Numbered from the stretch's first letter, positions 30,174 to 39,655 are shown. The stretch: 64,000 nt of DNA from Bacillota bacterium (GCA_023249475.1 JAHFCO010000005.1:10870-74869); one strand, 5' to 3'. The notes: a model not told the origin generated them from the letters alone. Program-made: numbers and translations.

Positions 30174-31325
30174 ATGAAAAGCCTCAAAGCCTGGATGAAC
30201 TCCGAAAAACGGCTGGATCTGTTTTCCTTTGCGTTCGCCGGGATCCTCATCCTCTTGTTTTATTTCCTCGTTCAGGATTTATCCCAATTCACGGCGGTCG
30301 CCAAGGACATACTCAACGTAATGATGCCTTTCATCTTCGGGTTCTCGATCGCGTTCCTTCTTGCCCCGCTTGTCCTCTATTTCGAGCAGAAACTGTTCAA
30401 CCGCACAAAACTTAAGCTCGCGACGCGTCGGAAATGTTCCGTCGCGTTGGGGATTTCCCTCATGCTTTTCACGTTCGCGCTCTTCTTTCTCTTGGTCATC
30501 CCGCAACTTGTTTCCAGCGTGAGCGCACTTTCCCAACAGTTGCCCGCATACATCGAGTCGGCCAGGGGGATGCTTGAGGACCTGATCCTTCGTTTCAACA
30601 TCCCGCAAAGCGACATCGACGGTTTTCTGTCTTCGGGCGGGGATTTGGTCGAGATGATCCTGTCGATGGGAAGCAAATTCTTCCCGCAACTCCTGAACGC
30701 TTCTTGGCAGTTCACCAAAGGGGTCTTCAATTTTCTGGTCGGGATCGTGATCGCGACCTACATCCTGTTGGATCGCGAACGCTTCTCGCTTCAGTTCAAA
30801 AAGATGAATTATGCCTTCTTCGGCCAAGAACGCGGGGATGTCTTCCTTCGCGTCAGCCGCATCAGTTCGAAAATGTTCACGGGCTTCGTGATCGGGAAGA
30901 TGATCGATTCGTTGATCATCGGCATCCTGTGTTTCATCGGGATGAGCCTGTTGGGCCTGCAATATGCGATCCTGCTTTCCGTGATCGTCGGGATCACCAA
31001 CATGATCCCCGTCTTTGGTCCGTTCATCGGCGCCGTCCCGGGATTGTTCATCTTGTTGATCATCGACCCCGTCCAGGCCTTGTGGTTCGCCCTATTCATC
31101 TTCGCCCTTCAGCAGTTCGACGGAAACATCCTGGGACCGCTGATCCTTGGCGACTCCTTAGGATTACCGAGTCTGTGGATCATGTTTTCGATCATCGTCG
31201 GCGGGGGGTTCTTCGGCATCCTAGGCATGTTCCTGGGGGTCCCGATCTTCGCGGTCATCTACCTGCTGGTGCGTGAATTCATCCATTTCAGGATCGATAA
31301 GCACGGCCTTGACATTTCAAAGTAA
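30174..31325 (+). CDS. AI-2E family (PerM/UPF0118) transporter
   Basis: 383 aa, polytopic. NMIPVFGPFIGAVPG motif. Confidence 0.85.
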   Translation: MKSLKAWMNSEKRLDLFSFAFAGILILLFYFLVQDLSQFTAVAKDILNVMMPFIFGFSIAFLLAPLVLYFEQKLFNRTKLKLATRRKCSVALGISLMLFTFALFFLLVIPQLVSSVSALSQQLPAYIESARGMLEDLILRFNIPQSDIDGFLSSGGDLVEMILSMGSKFFPQLLNASWQFTKGVFNFLVGIVIATYILLDRERFSLQFKKMNYAFFGQERGDVFLRVSRISSKMFTGFVIGKMIDSLIIGILCFIGMSLLGLQYAILLSVIVGITNMIPVFGPFIGAVPGLFILLIIDPVQALWFALFIFALQQFDGNILGPLILGDSLGLPSLWIMFSIIVGGGFFGILGMFLGVPIFAVIYLLVREFIHFRIDKHGLDISK

Positions 31326-31390
31326 AAAAGCGGGTGGTTTCGAAGTGTGAACCGGATTGTGATAAAATGGAATCACAAAGGAGATACCTT

Positions 31391-32230
31391 ATGAGAATCA
31401 TCGCGGATACGACCTGTCATCTTAGTATCGAGGAAGCTGCGCGTGATCACGTGATCCTGGTCCCCAACCAGGTCATCATCGGGGATCGTTGTTATCGTGA
31501 TTACTTGGAAATCGATTCCGAGACCTTCATCGAGGCGATCAAGGAAGACTTTCCTTCGACCTCCCAACCGGCCGTCGGGGAAATCATGGATGCATATGAC
31601 CGATGCGGGAACGAGCCGGCGATCCACGTCACCACGGGCAGGGGCTTGAGTTCGGCCTTCGATTCCGCCAGCGGGGTGAAGAAAAGCATGGATGCCCAAA
31701 ACATCACGGTATTCGATTCCCAGTCGGTCGCCGGGGTGAACCGCAATCTGGTCCAACTGGCGACGAGGATGTCGAAGTCCACGGACTCGATCCAACGCAT
31801 CGTCGATACGATGCTGGCATGTTTGAAGGAAACCCAATCCTATGTCATCCCCGTCGATTTCGGCTATCTCAAGCGATCCGGACGACTGACGCCGTTGGCC
31901 GCCACCGTCGGGGGGTTCTTGAAACTCGTCCCGGTCATGGCCCAATCGGCCGATCGGCAGCGCATCGAGAAATTCTCCGTGGCGCGTACGCTTGGCAGCG
32001 CCCTGAACAACATCGTGGATGACTTGGTGAAACGCGGGGTTGATCGTCGGCATAGAATCTATGTCGCCCATGCGTTGAACTTGGACAATGTCCGGTTGGC
32101 GATCGAACTGATCAAACAGAAAATCCAGGACGCCGACATCGAAGTCCTGAAACTAGCCCCCGGGATGATCACACATGGCGGACCGGGTTGTCTGGTCATC
32201 CAATATATCCTGAAAGACGAATCCTACTAG
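31391..32230 (+). CDS. DegV-family fatty-acid-binding protein
   Basis: Within ORF 31334..32230. Starts MRIIADTTCHL. Contains TSQPAVGE and YLKRSGRL motifs. Confidence 0.85.
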   Translation: MRIIADTTCHLSIEEAARDHVILVPNQVIIGDRCYRDYLEIDSETFIEAIKEDFPSTSQPAVGEIMDAYDRCGNEPAIHVTTGRGLSSAFDSASGVKKSMDAQNITVFDSQSVAGVNRNLVQLATRMSKSTDSIQRIVDTMLACLKETQSYVIPVDFGYLKRSGRLTPLAATVGGFLKLVPVMAQSADRQRIEKFSVARTLGSALNNIVDDLVKRGVDRRHRIYVAHALNLDNVRLAIELIKQKIQDADIEVLKLAPGMITHGGPGCLVIQYILKDESY

Positions 32231-32251
32231 ACCGCAAGCGCGGTCTTTTTC
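32230..32251 (+). terminator. Terminator after degV
   Basis: GACCGC-AAGC-GCGGTC followed by TTTTT. Confidence 0.8.
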
Positions 32252-32253
32252 AT

Positions 32254-32283
32254 GAAAAAAGCGCATCGTTGGTACGATGCGCT
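32254..32283 (-). terminator. Terminator after glnN (minus strand)
   Basis: GCGCATCG-loop-CGATGCGC, followed on the minus strand by TTTTTT. Confidence 0.8.
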
Positions 32284-32287
32284 CGGA

Positions 32288-34363
32288 TTAATCAAGCAGG
32301 AACAACATTTCGCAATAGGAAGGAAGCGGATAGCTCTTCGAAGGAAGGGCGGTTTCCAGTGCATCGACGACGCCGCGGACATCCACAAGAAGCGGACTGA
32401 CGTCTTTCAATAAGGACAACCCGCAAATCGAAGGGTTCTCATGGGCATTGGCGGATTCCAGCGCCGCCTTCAGTTTGATGAGCAGCGAGTCGGTGTCGTC
32501 CACCAAACCGAGAATCTCTTTTTCCTTGCGTGCGACCATCTTCGACTTGACCGATAACGGTTCAAGTTCCGAAATCACCTTAAGCGCTTCGGGAAGGACC
32601 ATGCGTTCGACCATTTCGATCAAGGTCTTGGCTTCGCAGTTGATCGTATTGATGTATTGGTGATGTAGGATCTCGGCACGGGCATGCAACTCGTCTTCCG
32701 TGTAGATCTTGTTGCGTTCAAACAACGCGACGGCTTTGGGGGCGATCAGGCTGTCGATCGATTCGACGAAGGAACGGATGTTGGGAAGTCCGCGTTGCGC
32801 GGCTTCGTCGACCCACGCTTCCGAGTACCCGTCGCCGGAGAAGAGGATGCGGTGGTGGTTCTTCATGATTTCGCCGCAGATCTTCAAGGCTTCTTCACGC
32901 GTGTCCTGGATGTACTTGAATTGTTCCAAACGATCGGCGATCACGCGGAACTCGTCGGCCAAAATCGAGGCGATGACGGTGTTGGCGATGGCGGCGGAGA
33001 GGGAAGAGCCCAACATGCGGAACTCGAACTTATTGCCGGTGAACGCGAACGGCGAAGTCCGGTTGCGGTCGGTGTTGTCTTTGGGGAGGTAGGAAAGGTT
33101 GCTTAGGGAGAACTTCGGACCGGTTTTCGCAATGAAGGTCGGTTCCTTGTCGACCAGTTTCAGCAACGCTTCTTCGATGACCGACCCCATGAAGACGGAG
33201 ATGATCGCCGGAGGCGCTTCGTTGGCGCCCAAACGATGATCGTTGCCCGGACCGGAAGCCGCTAAACGAAGCAGTTCGGGATAGGTGTCGATCGCTTTCA
33301 GGATCGCGGTGCAGAAGAGGAGGAAACGGATGTTTTCCGCCGGCTTGTCTCCGGGATCAAGAAGGTTTTGTCCGTCGTCGGTCGAGAGCGACCAGTTGTC
33401 GTGTTTCCCCGAACCGTTGATCCCGGCGAAGGGTTTCTCATGCAGAAGCGCGGCCATGCCGTGTTTCTTGGCGGTTTTGCGCAGGATATCCATCGTGATG
33501 TGGTTCTGGTCGACGGCGGCGTTGGCGTCCGTGTAGATGCTTGAAATTTCGAATTGACCCGGCGCGACTTCGTTGTGTTCGACCTTGGCATAGATGCCCA
33601 GTTTCCAGCACTCGTCGTTGACTTCATCCATGAACGCCTTGACGCGATCGGGGATGGAACCGAAATAGTGGTCTTCGAATTCCTGTCCTTTGGGTGGCTT
33701 GGAGCCCAACAACGTACGTCCCGTCAACAGAAGGTCGGGACGGTTGCGATAGGCTTTCGCATCGACCAGGAAATATTCTTGTTCAAGACCGCAAACCAAA
33801 CTGACCCGTTTTACATTCTTATCCCCGAGCGCGTTGGTGATCCGCGTCGCCTGGGTGCTCAAGACATCGATCGAACGAAGTAAAGGCGCTTTTTGGTCCA
33901 GCGGTTCGCCGTTGTAGGAAACGAAGATCGTCGGGATGCATAAGACGCTGCCGCGGATGAACGCCGGCGACGTGATGTCCCAATAGGTATAGCCGCGGGC
34001 TTCGAACGTCGCGCGCAAGCCGCCCGACGGGAAACTGGAACCATCGGTTTCCCCTTTGATCAAGGTCTTGCCGGAGAAACGGGCGATCGCATCGCCATTC
34101 TCCGATTTCTCGATGAAGCTATCGTGCTTCTCGGCGGTCGTTCCGTTAAGCGGTTGGAACCAGTGGGAGAATTGGGTGCAGCCATGCTCCATCGCCCAGA
34201 TCTTCATCGCATGGGCGATCGCGTCCGCGGTCTGACGGTCCAAGGAATCTTCCTTGGCGACGGCGGTTTTCCATTTCTTGAAAATGGGGCTGGGTAGACG
34301 GTCGCGCATGACCGACTCGCTGAACAGATAAATGCCGAAATCATCGAATGGGTGTTTTGCCAT
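32288..34363 (-). CDS. glnN: Type III glutamine synthetase (GSIII)
   Basis: Within ORF 32288..34420. Length of about 690 aa. N-terminus MAKHPFDDFGIYLFSESVMRDRLP...FSHWFQPLNGTTAEKHDSF is typical of GlnN. ATG 34363 follows GGAGGAAATGAAGCA. Confidence 0.9.
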   Translation of the reverse strand: MAKHPFDDFGIYLFSESVMRDRLPSPIFKKWKTAVAKEDSLDRQTADAIAHAMKIWAMEHGCTQFSHWFQPLNGTTAEKHDSFIEKSENGDAIARFSGKTLIKGETDGSSFPSGGLRATFEARGYTYWDITSPAFIRGSVLCIPTIFVSYNGEPLDQKAPLLRSIDVLSTQATRITNALGDKNVKRVSLVCGLEQEYFLVDAKAYRNRPDLLLTGRTLLGSKPPKGQEFEDHYFGSIPDRVKAFMDEVNDECWKLGIYAKVEHNEVAPGQFEISSIYTDANAAVDQNHITMDILRKTAKKHGMAALLHEKPFAGINGSGKHDNWSLSTDDGQNLLDPGDKPAENIRFLLFCTAILKAIDTYPELLRLAASGPGNDHRLGANEAPPAIISVFMGSVIEEALLKLVDKEPTFIAKTGPKFSLSNLSYLPKDNTDRNRTSPFAFTGNKFEFRMLGSSLSAAIANTVIASILADEFRVIADRLEQFKYIQDTREEALKICGEIMKNHHRILFSGDGYSEAWVDEAAQRGLPNIRSFVESIDSLIAPKAVALFERNKIYTEDELHARAEILHHQYINTINCEAKTLIEMVERMVLPEALKVISELEPLSVKSKMVARKEKEILGLVDDTDSLLIKLKAALESANAHENPSICGLSLLKDVSPLLVDVRGVVDALETALPSKSYPLPSYCEMLFLLD

Positions 34364-34629
34364 TGCTTCATTTCCTCCATATATACGTATTATTCTATTC
34401 TGAAAATCGACTTTGTCCACAAAAAAATGAAAAAATTATCGGAAAATCTAAAATAAAATCGGAGACTAGGAATAATTATCAATTTTATAACCGTTATCGA
34501 TAATTTATCCCGAGGATGTTCGATACAAAGGAAATTTATATCCTGATTCGGCATTCAAAAAGAGTTGGTTCACCCGGAAAGACTTGTGCTATAATTTTGT
34601 AAGAGGCGGAAGCCAATACGGAGGATATC

Positions 34630-34965
34630 ATGAAAAAACTCTACAGATGTGAAGTATGCGGGATCATCCTGGAAGAAGACCAACTCGAAGACCATTGCCC
34701 GAAATGCAACGCGCCGCGTGAAAAATTCAGCGAAGTATCACCGGAAACCGCGGAAAAAATCACACGCAGCGAATTCACCAACGACCTGCATGCCGATTTG
34801 ATCCATTTGTGCGTTAAACTCGAAAAGCTGGCGGAAGCGGGGATTTCGGACAATCTCGACCCTTCATGCGTCAAGATTTTCACCCGTACGAAAAAGTATG
34901 CGAAATTGCTGAAACAACTGGCGAAAGCTGAAATCCAAGGGCACATTTCCAAAGAAAAGTGGTAA
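34630..34965 (+). CDS. Rubredoxin-like zinc-ribbon protein with a helical C-terminal part, function unknown
   Basis: 111 aa. CEVCG...CPKCN near the N-terminus. An extended -10 (TGcTATAAT, 34587-34595) and RBS GGAGGA lie upstream. Confidence 0.5.
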   Translation: MKKLYRCEVCGIILEEDQLEDHCPKCNAPREKFSEVSPETAEKITRSEFTNDLHADLIHLCVKLEKLAEAGISDNLDPSCVKIFTRTKKYAKLLKQLAKAEIQGHISKEKW

Positions 34966-35069
34966 GTTTGAGGTCGTTTGGATTGTAGGGCGTTAACCCC
35001 GAACCTAGCACCGATTTCAATTGGATGCATTCGACCCACAAAGGATATGATTCCTTCCAACAACGTAGT

Positions 35070-35112
35070 AAAAAGGCAGACGTTCAAGCGATTCTTGAAC
35101 GTCTGCCTTTCT
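35070..35112. terminator. Bidirectional terminator between convergent genes
   Basis: 15-bp stem AGGCAGACGTTCAAG / CTTGAACGTCTGCCT, flanked by AAAA and TTTCTT. Confidence 0.85.
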
Positions 35113-35125
35113 TAGCGAAATCAAG

Positions 35126-36232
35126 TTAACGCGAAGACATACTCACGATGCCCGGTCTTTCATCCATCGTCGATTCTTGATTCAGAATCCGATTTCCGCA
35201 AGCCTTTCTGAGACGGTTCATCAGCGCCTCGCCGATTCCGACCTCCGGGAATGACTCGGCGAGAATCAGATCCACGTTCGACTCGTCGAAAGATCTTAAC
35301 GTCGAAAAAAGTCTGGAAGACATCCCACGAAGGTCGCTACGGCTTCCCAAAGAGATCGCGACCAGGTTTTCATCGGTATATCCGCCTATGGTTTCATCGG
35401 TGCAGAGGATCCCGATTCTCACGCTTCGGTCGTATGACATCAATTGCGCATGGATGGCTTCCGTCATCGACGCAAGATCCCCAACCGCCATGAGCATCGG
35501 CGCTTTCGGGGCATAATGGGTGTATTTCATCCCGGGGGAGCGAGGAACGGAGTCCGACACCTCATGGCTTGTCGGCGAAACGATGTTCCCGATCACGTTT
35601 TCGATCTCCTCTTTCGTGATGATGCCCGGACGCAGAAGCACCGCTTGATCGCCGCTCAAATCCAAAACGGTCGACTCCAATCCGATCTCACAGCCATCGG
35701 AGCAGAGGATGGCGTCCACCCGACCGTTCAAATCATCGATCACATGGTTGGCGCGGGTTGCGCTTGATTTACCGGAGAGATTCGCACTGGGGGCCGCGAT
35801 CGGGACCCCGGCGGCTTCGATGAGGGCGCGCGCGACGGGATGGCGAGGCATGCGGACCGCGACCGTATCAAGATTCGCGGTCACCGGGTCGGGAACGTTC
35901 TTTGACTTCTCCAGTATCAAGGTCAACGGTCCCGGCCAGAAACTCTCGATCAGCGAAATGACGCGTGGCGAAAGGGGTCCCTTCACCAAAGGATGCATCA
36001 TTTCCAACGAGGCGACGTGGACGATCAACGGATTGTCGCTCGGACGACCCTTGGCTTCGAAGATTTTCCGTATCCCTTCCGTCGAATGGATTGAGGCGCC
36101 GATGCCATATACCGTCTCGGTCGGGAAAACGACGGTGCCGCCTTGACGAATCAAATCGGCGGCCAGATCGATTTCCAGCTTGTTTGGATGCATTGCGTCG
36201 ATGGATCGGATCATCGTTTCTTTCTTCAACAT
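35126..36232 (-). CDS. tsaC: L-threonylcarbamoyladenylate synthase (Sua5/YwlC type: YrdC domain plus Sua5 C-terminal domain)
   Basis: 368 aa. GGTVVFPTETVYGIGA, PLIVH and SAPSANLSGK motifs. Confidence 0.88.
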   Translation of the reverse strand: MLKKETMIRSIDAMHPNKLEIDLAADLIRQGGTVVFPTETVYGIGASIHSTEGIRKIFEAKGRPSDNPLIVHVASLEMMHPLVKGPLSPRVISLIESFWPGPLTLILEKSKNVPDPVTANLDTVAVRMPRHPVARALIEAAGVPIAAPSANLSGKSSATRANHVIDDLNGRVDAILCSDGCEIGLESTVLDLSGDQAVLLRPGIITKEEIENVIGNIVSPTSHEVSDSVPRSPGMKYTHYAPKAPMLMAVGDLASMTEAIHAQLMSYDRSVRIGILCTDETIGGYTDENLVAISLGSRSDLRGMSSRLFSTLRSFDESNVDLILAESFPEVGIGEALMNRLRKACGNRILNQESTMDERPGIVSMSSR

Positions 36233-36345
36233 TGCTTAGGTCTACCCTCCTTTTATTTCGATTCGATTTCTATAAAGAAAGTTCAAACCACATTTAGTAA
36301 CGACCTCCGCCAATCATGGATCCGACCGACGGAAGTCTTTTCATC

Positions 36346-37956
36346 CTAACCCAAACTCCCCCGGATTTTTGCCATCTTGCAGATCCACTCGTTGAAAATC
36401 TTCTTTTCCTCGCTTGAATCGTCGAAAAGATCGCGTTGTTTACTGAGGATATGAAGCAAGATCGGACGCGTGGCGCTTAAGAGCGTATGGTAGAACCGGA
36501 CATCCTCGTCGCTTTCTTCATTCAACCCGAGATACGCGCAGGCGAGTTCGTAGTCGGTGATGTAGTCGTTCCGCGTTTTTTCGTCAAGGATATCCAGGGA
36601 AGTCGAAAGATTGACGAATTTGCGTGCGAAGGTCAGATCGGACTTAAGTGAAGGGTAGAACGCGAGAAGCCGTTGCAACCCTTCGTTTCCGTATTTTTCC
36701 AACACTTCTTGAATGCCTCTTCCGACACCGATGAACTCCGGTGGCAAGCCGATGGTATACATGGCCGAAGTGAACGAGATCGCTCTGGGTATGGTGGTTT
36801 GGACATCCGGCTGGATGTTTTCAAGTTCGGTTTTCAAAGTCGGGTCTTTCACCAAAGCGGCCAGTTCGCGTAGATCGATGATTTCCCGGGTATAGCTCAA
36901 CCCGGTTTTCGCCCCGGATAAACGGTCGCGGTTTTTGGGGATGTAGTTTGCGACAACGTTGACGACGTCGATGATTTCGACGAACGTCAACACGTAGTAC
37001 TTCGTGAAGATGCCGATGAACTCCATCAGCATCGGTTCATTCCCCGTATCAGGGAACGCGACGTCGAGCGCCCCGACGTACTCGTCGAGACGATTGACCA
37101 CGGCTTTCGTCTTATCGTCGCCGTGGTCGTATCGTAGACCGGACTGGATCGATACCGTCCGCACCCCGCGGTAGGTTTTCAAGAACCCTTCGAGGTTCTC
37201 CTGGGTCAAATGTCCCCGGAAAGGGAGCGATCCGCAACCAAGGATCGGAGCGACGTCCACGCCATGGACCTCACCCCATCGGTACGCTTTCCCGATCGCC
37301 ATCACGACGGACAAGACGGAAGGGACAAGGCCGTTTGAAAGCGCGGAGTCCGAACGCGCGAACATGACGCGCAGTCTATCCACGGATTTGCCTTTGCTTG
37401 TTAAGTGATGATAATACTCGTCGAGGATCGAATCGACATGGATCAAGGCATGGATCGATTCAAGAAGGGGGATGACCAGAATGCTATCGAGCGGGAACTG
37501 GATCCGGTAGTTCTTATTCCCCAACTCGATGACGGAGTTGATTCTTTCGTGGGTCTGGATCACATCTTTCCCGTTTTCGATCATCGGTACGATGGTTTCA
37601 TGGATCGACTGCTCCGACGTGTGTTCGAAGGCCAGGATGTTGGTTTCGATCAAGGACATCACGCTCATGATCTGACGGAAGATCGGCTCTTTCTTCGCAT
37701 TGGGAATGCGCGGCGTAATGAAAACATCCCTGCCCGGGACAAGCCCTTGGTGGATCAGACCCAAGGCGATTTGGGAGGTTTGGTGATACGGCGTGAGTTT
37801 CCCCTCGAAGTCGACCATGATCTCGCCGATGCCCAAGCCTCCGTTTTCTTGGTCGAGTAGGCAATGGATGGCTTCCTCCGGCTCGAATTGGACCGTCACA
37901 TACTTTGAGGAGTTGTCCGGATGTTGCGTTGCGATGCTAGTCGGTAGGTTTCTCAT
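36346..37956 (-). CDS. ppcA: Archaeal-type phosphoenolpyruvate carboxylase (PepcA family)
   Basis: Within ORF 36346..38079. Starts MRNLPTSIATQHPDN. Contains FEGKLTPYHQTSQIALGLI, GCGSLPFRGH, IPKNRDRL and a C-terminal RGSLG. ATG 37956 follows AAGGAG. Confidence 0.9.
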   Translation of the reverse strand: MRNLPTSIATQHPDNSSKYVTVQFEPEEAIHCLLDQENGGLGIGEIMVDFEGKLTPYHQTSQIALGLIHQGLVPGRDVFITPRIPNAKKEPIFRQIMSVMSLIETNILAFEHTSEQSIHETIVPMIENGKDVIQTHERINSVIELGNKNYRIQFPLDSILVIPLLESIHALIHVDSILDEYYHHLTSKGKSVDRLRVMFARSDSALSNGLVPSVLSVVMAIGKAYRWGEVHGVDVAPILGCGSLPFRGHLTQENLEGFLKTYRGVRTVSIQSGLRYDHGDDKTKAVVNRLDEYVGALDVAFPDTGNEPMLMEFIGIFTKYYVLTFVEIIDVVNVVANYIPKNRDRLSGAKTGLSYTREIIDLRELAALVKDPTLKTELENIQPDVQTTIPRAISFTSAMYTIGLPPEFIGVGRGIQEVLEKYGNEGLQRLLAFYPSLKSDLTFARKFVNLSTSLDILDEKTRNDYITDYELACAYLGLNEESDEDVRFYHTLLSATRPILLHILSKQRDLFDDSSEEKKIFNEWICKMAKIRGSLG

Positions 37957-38127
37957 GGTTCTCTGCTCCTTCGGCGATGCGGAAGCCCTGTTCATCGGGC
38001 AAGGTCGGGGCGAAGAACGCAACCCGCCGTGGCGGTAAATAAAAAAACAATGACAAAAAGAATGGATCTTTTTTGTCATTGGCTTACGTTTGACTGGCGA
38101 ATGCCTTTCAGTTGTCTTCCAATCGTA

Positions 38128-38484
38128 TTACAGCATTTCCTCGATGTCCCTGTCCACGACGATCACGATGATTTTCTCACCGGTCTTCGTGCTGACATCC
38201 GAGTACGTGCTAATGACCTTGACGTCGATGATCGACGTAACCACGTCTTCCAACACGCTTCTGGCGTTTTCGAAGAGAGCGATCCGCGACTTCTTGACGA
38301 GGTCGATGCCTTCCTTGGTGACCGAGAGGTTCTTCTCGGAAACGCTGAGGAACCCTTTCAATCGAATCAGGATCAGGTCTTGAAAGATGATCGTCCGGAT
38401 CTTCTCCGGACCTCTTCCCATGTACTCGACTTCGAACTTACTGATCGCCTCGCTGATTTTCGACTCGATTTGTCCCTTTGTCAT
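38128..38484 (-). CDS. DUF2294-family protein
   Basis: Within ORF 38128..38544. MTKGQIESKISEAISKFEVEYMGRGPEKIRT is typical of DUF2294. ATG 38484 follows AGGTGG. Confidence 0.7.
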   Translation of the reverse strand: MTKGQIESKISEAISKFEVEYMGRGPEKIRTIIFQDLILIRLKGFLSVSEKNLSVTKEGIDLVKKSRIALFENARSVLEDVVTSIIDVKVISTYSDVSTKTGEKIIVIVVDRDIEEML

Positions 38485-38534
38485 GTGACCACCTGGATCC
38501 TTGCTTTCATACATCCCGACGGATATATGGAAGG

Positions 38535-38563
38535 ATAATACCATAAGAGAATCGGTGCGTCAA
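38535..38563 (-). promoter_or_regulatory. Putative sigma-A promoter for the DUF2294-ppcA genes
   Basis: On the minus strand: TTGACG-17 nt-TATTAT. Confidence 0.5.
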
Positions 38564-38622
38564 GAAAGCACGTTTTCGTTGGCGTGAAGAGCAGGATTCC
38601 CCCTATAGGCAAGGCGTAATGT

Positions 38623-38651
38623 TTGACAGGTCGTGTCGGTTTTTCTAAAAT
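38623..38651 (+). promoter_or_regulatory. Near-consensus sigma-A promoter
   Basis: TTGACA-17 nt-TAAAAT. It faces a ~90-nt leader and a 42-codon ORF. Confidence 0.55.
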
Positions 38652-38741
38652 GGAAGCAAGCAGAGGGCATCCGAAAGCGTAGCCGCACGGAGTACGAATC
38701 AGGATGAAGGATGGATTTTCACTCGAGAAAGGACGGTCGAA

Positions 38742-38870
38742 ATGAAAGAAAAGAAAAGCAAGATCCTTGTGGCCGCGGTCGCCGGACTCGCTACGTTCGC
38801 GATCATGAAGTTTGCGATCGGATACAAAATCGTCGGCGAGTTGGTCGAGATATTCGCGAGTCTCGGTTAG
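38742..38870 (+). CDS. Possible 42-aa single-pass membrane peptide
   Basis: ATG 8 nt after AAAGGA. Translation MKEKKSKILVAAVAGLATFAIMKFAIGYKIVGELVEIFASLG. Below the size cutoff of the ORF track. Confidence 0.3.
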   Translation: MKEKKSKILVAAVAGLATFAIMKFAIGYKIVGELVEIFASLG

Positions 38871-38952
38871 TGTCGAACGGTTAGGTCAACCTCTCCGAAA
38901 CACAGGTCAACCAGGATGAACATCAAATGAAAAACGCGGTTTCCTTCGTTTT

Positions 38953-39198
38953 TTAGTCTTCTTCGACGATGACTTCGGTCACTCCCGGAACTTCATCGAT
39001 CAACAGGGCTTCGACGCCGAGTTTGATCGTGCTGTCGATGGCGCTGCATCCGACGCAGGCTCCGAAGACCCGAACGATGACCCTTCCATTCTCTTCCATC
39101 CGTACGAATTCGACATCCCCGCCGTCCCGTTGAAGGTATGGCCGTATTTTTTCGAGAACGTCGATGACTTGTTCTTCTAGATTGCTTTCCATGTGCAC
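38953..39198 (-). CDS. NifU-like (Nfu C-terminal domain, YutI-like) Fe-S assembly protein
   Basis: 81 aa. IRPYLQRDGGDVEF...GACVGCS motif. The true start may be the ATG at 39192. Confidence 0.85.
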   Translation of the reverse strand: MHMESNLEEQVIDVLEKIRPYLQRDGGDVEFVRMEENGRVIVRVFGACVGCSAIDSTIKLGVEALLIDEVPGVTEVIVEED

Positions 39199-39199
39199 C

Positions 39200-39655
39200 T
39201 CATCGCATGAAGTACATCAGGCTGGCGACCGTCAAACCGACGGCGACCCCACCGATGACTTCGATCCATTTATGTCCCAACACTTCTTTGACTTTCAACA
39301 AGTAGATCGGATCGTCCAGTTTCGTCTGTGTCAGAATCTGGATATCCTTGATCAACTGTTGCGTGATTTGTATGTTCTGCCCTGCGTAATAGCGTACGTT
39401 GGCCGCATCATAGGCGACGATCAAGCCGAAAATCAGCGTGACCGCAAACAAGGAAGACGAGAATCTTTCCTGGATCCCGATCGACAGGCACAGCGCTGTC
39501 ACCGTCGAGGTATGGGAACTCGGGAAGCCTCCGCTATCCGTCGCCAAGGACGGTTTCCATTCGCCAAGATGAAGATAAAGAAGAATCGGCTTTAAGGCCT
39601 GCGCAATTAGATTCGCAGTGATCGCAGCCCAGAACGGATACATGTTTCCTAACAT
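39200..39655 (-). CDS. Divergent PAP2-family membrane protein (YuiD/DUF212-like)
   Basis: 151 aa. GGFPSSHTSTVTAL motif and four hydrophobic segments. Confidence 0.8.
   Translation of the reverse strand: MLGNMYPFWAAITANLIAQALKPILLYLHLGEWKPSLATDSGGFPSSHTSTVTALCLSIGIQERFSSSLFAVTLIFGLIVAYDAANVRYYAGQNIQITQQLIKDIQILTQTKLDDPIYLLKVKEVLGHKWIEVIGGVAVGLTVASLMYFMR

Noticed and set aside
34630-34965. Rubrerythrin or reverse-rubrerythrin call for the zinc-ribbon protein.
   Set aside because: Only the rubredoxin-like CxxC...CxxC part is present. The ~75-aa helical remainder lacks the ExxH di-iron motifs and is too short for a ferritin-like domain.
38871-38952. Terminator for the nifU-like gene (AAAACG...CGTTTT with a 10-nt loop).
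   Set aside because: The stem is short and A/U-rich with a large loop. It is not convincing enough to list as a feature.
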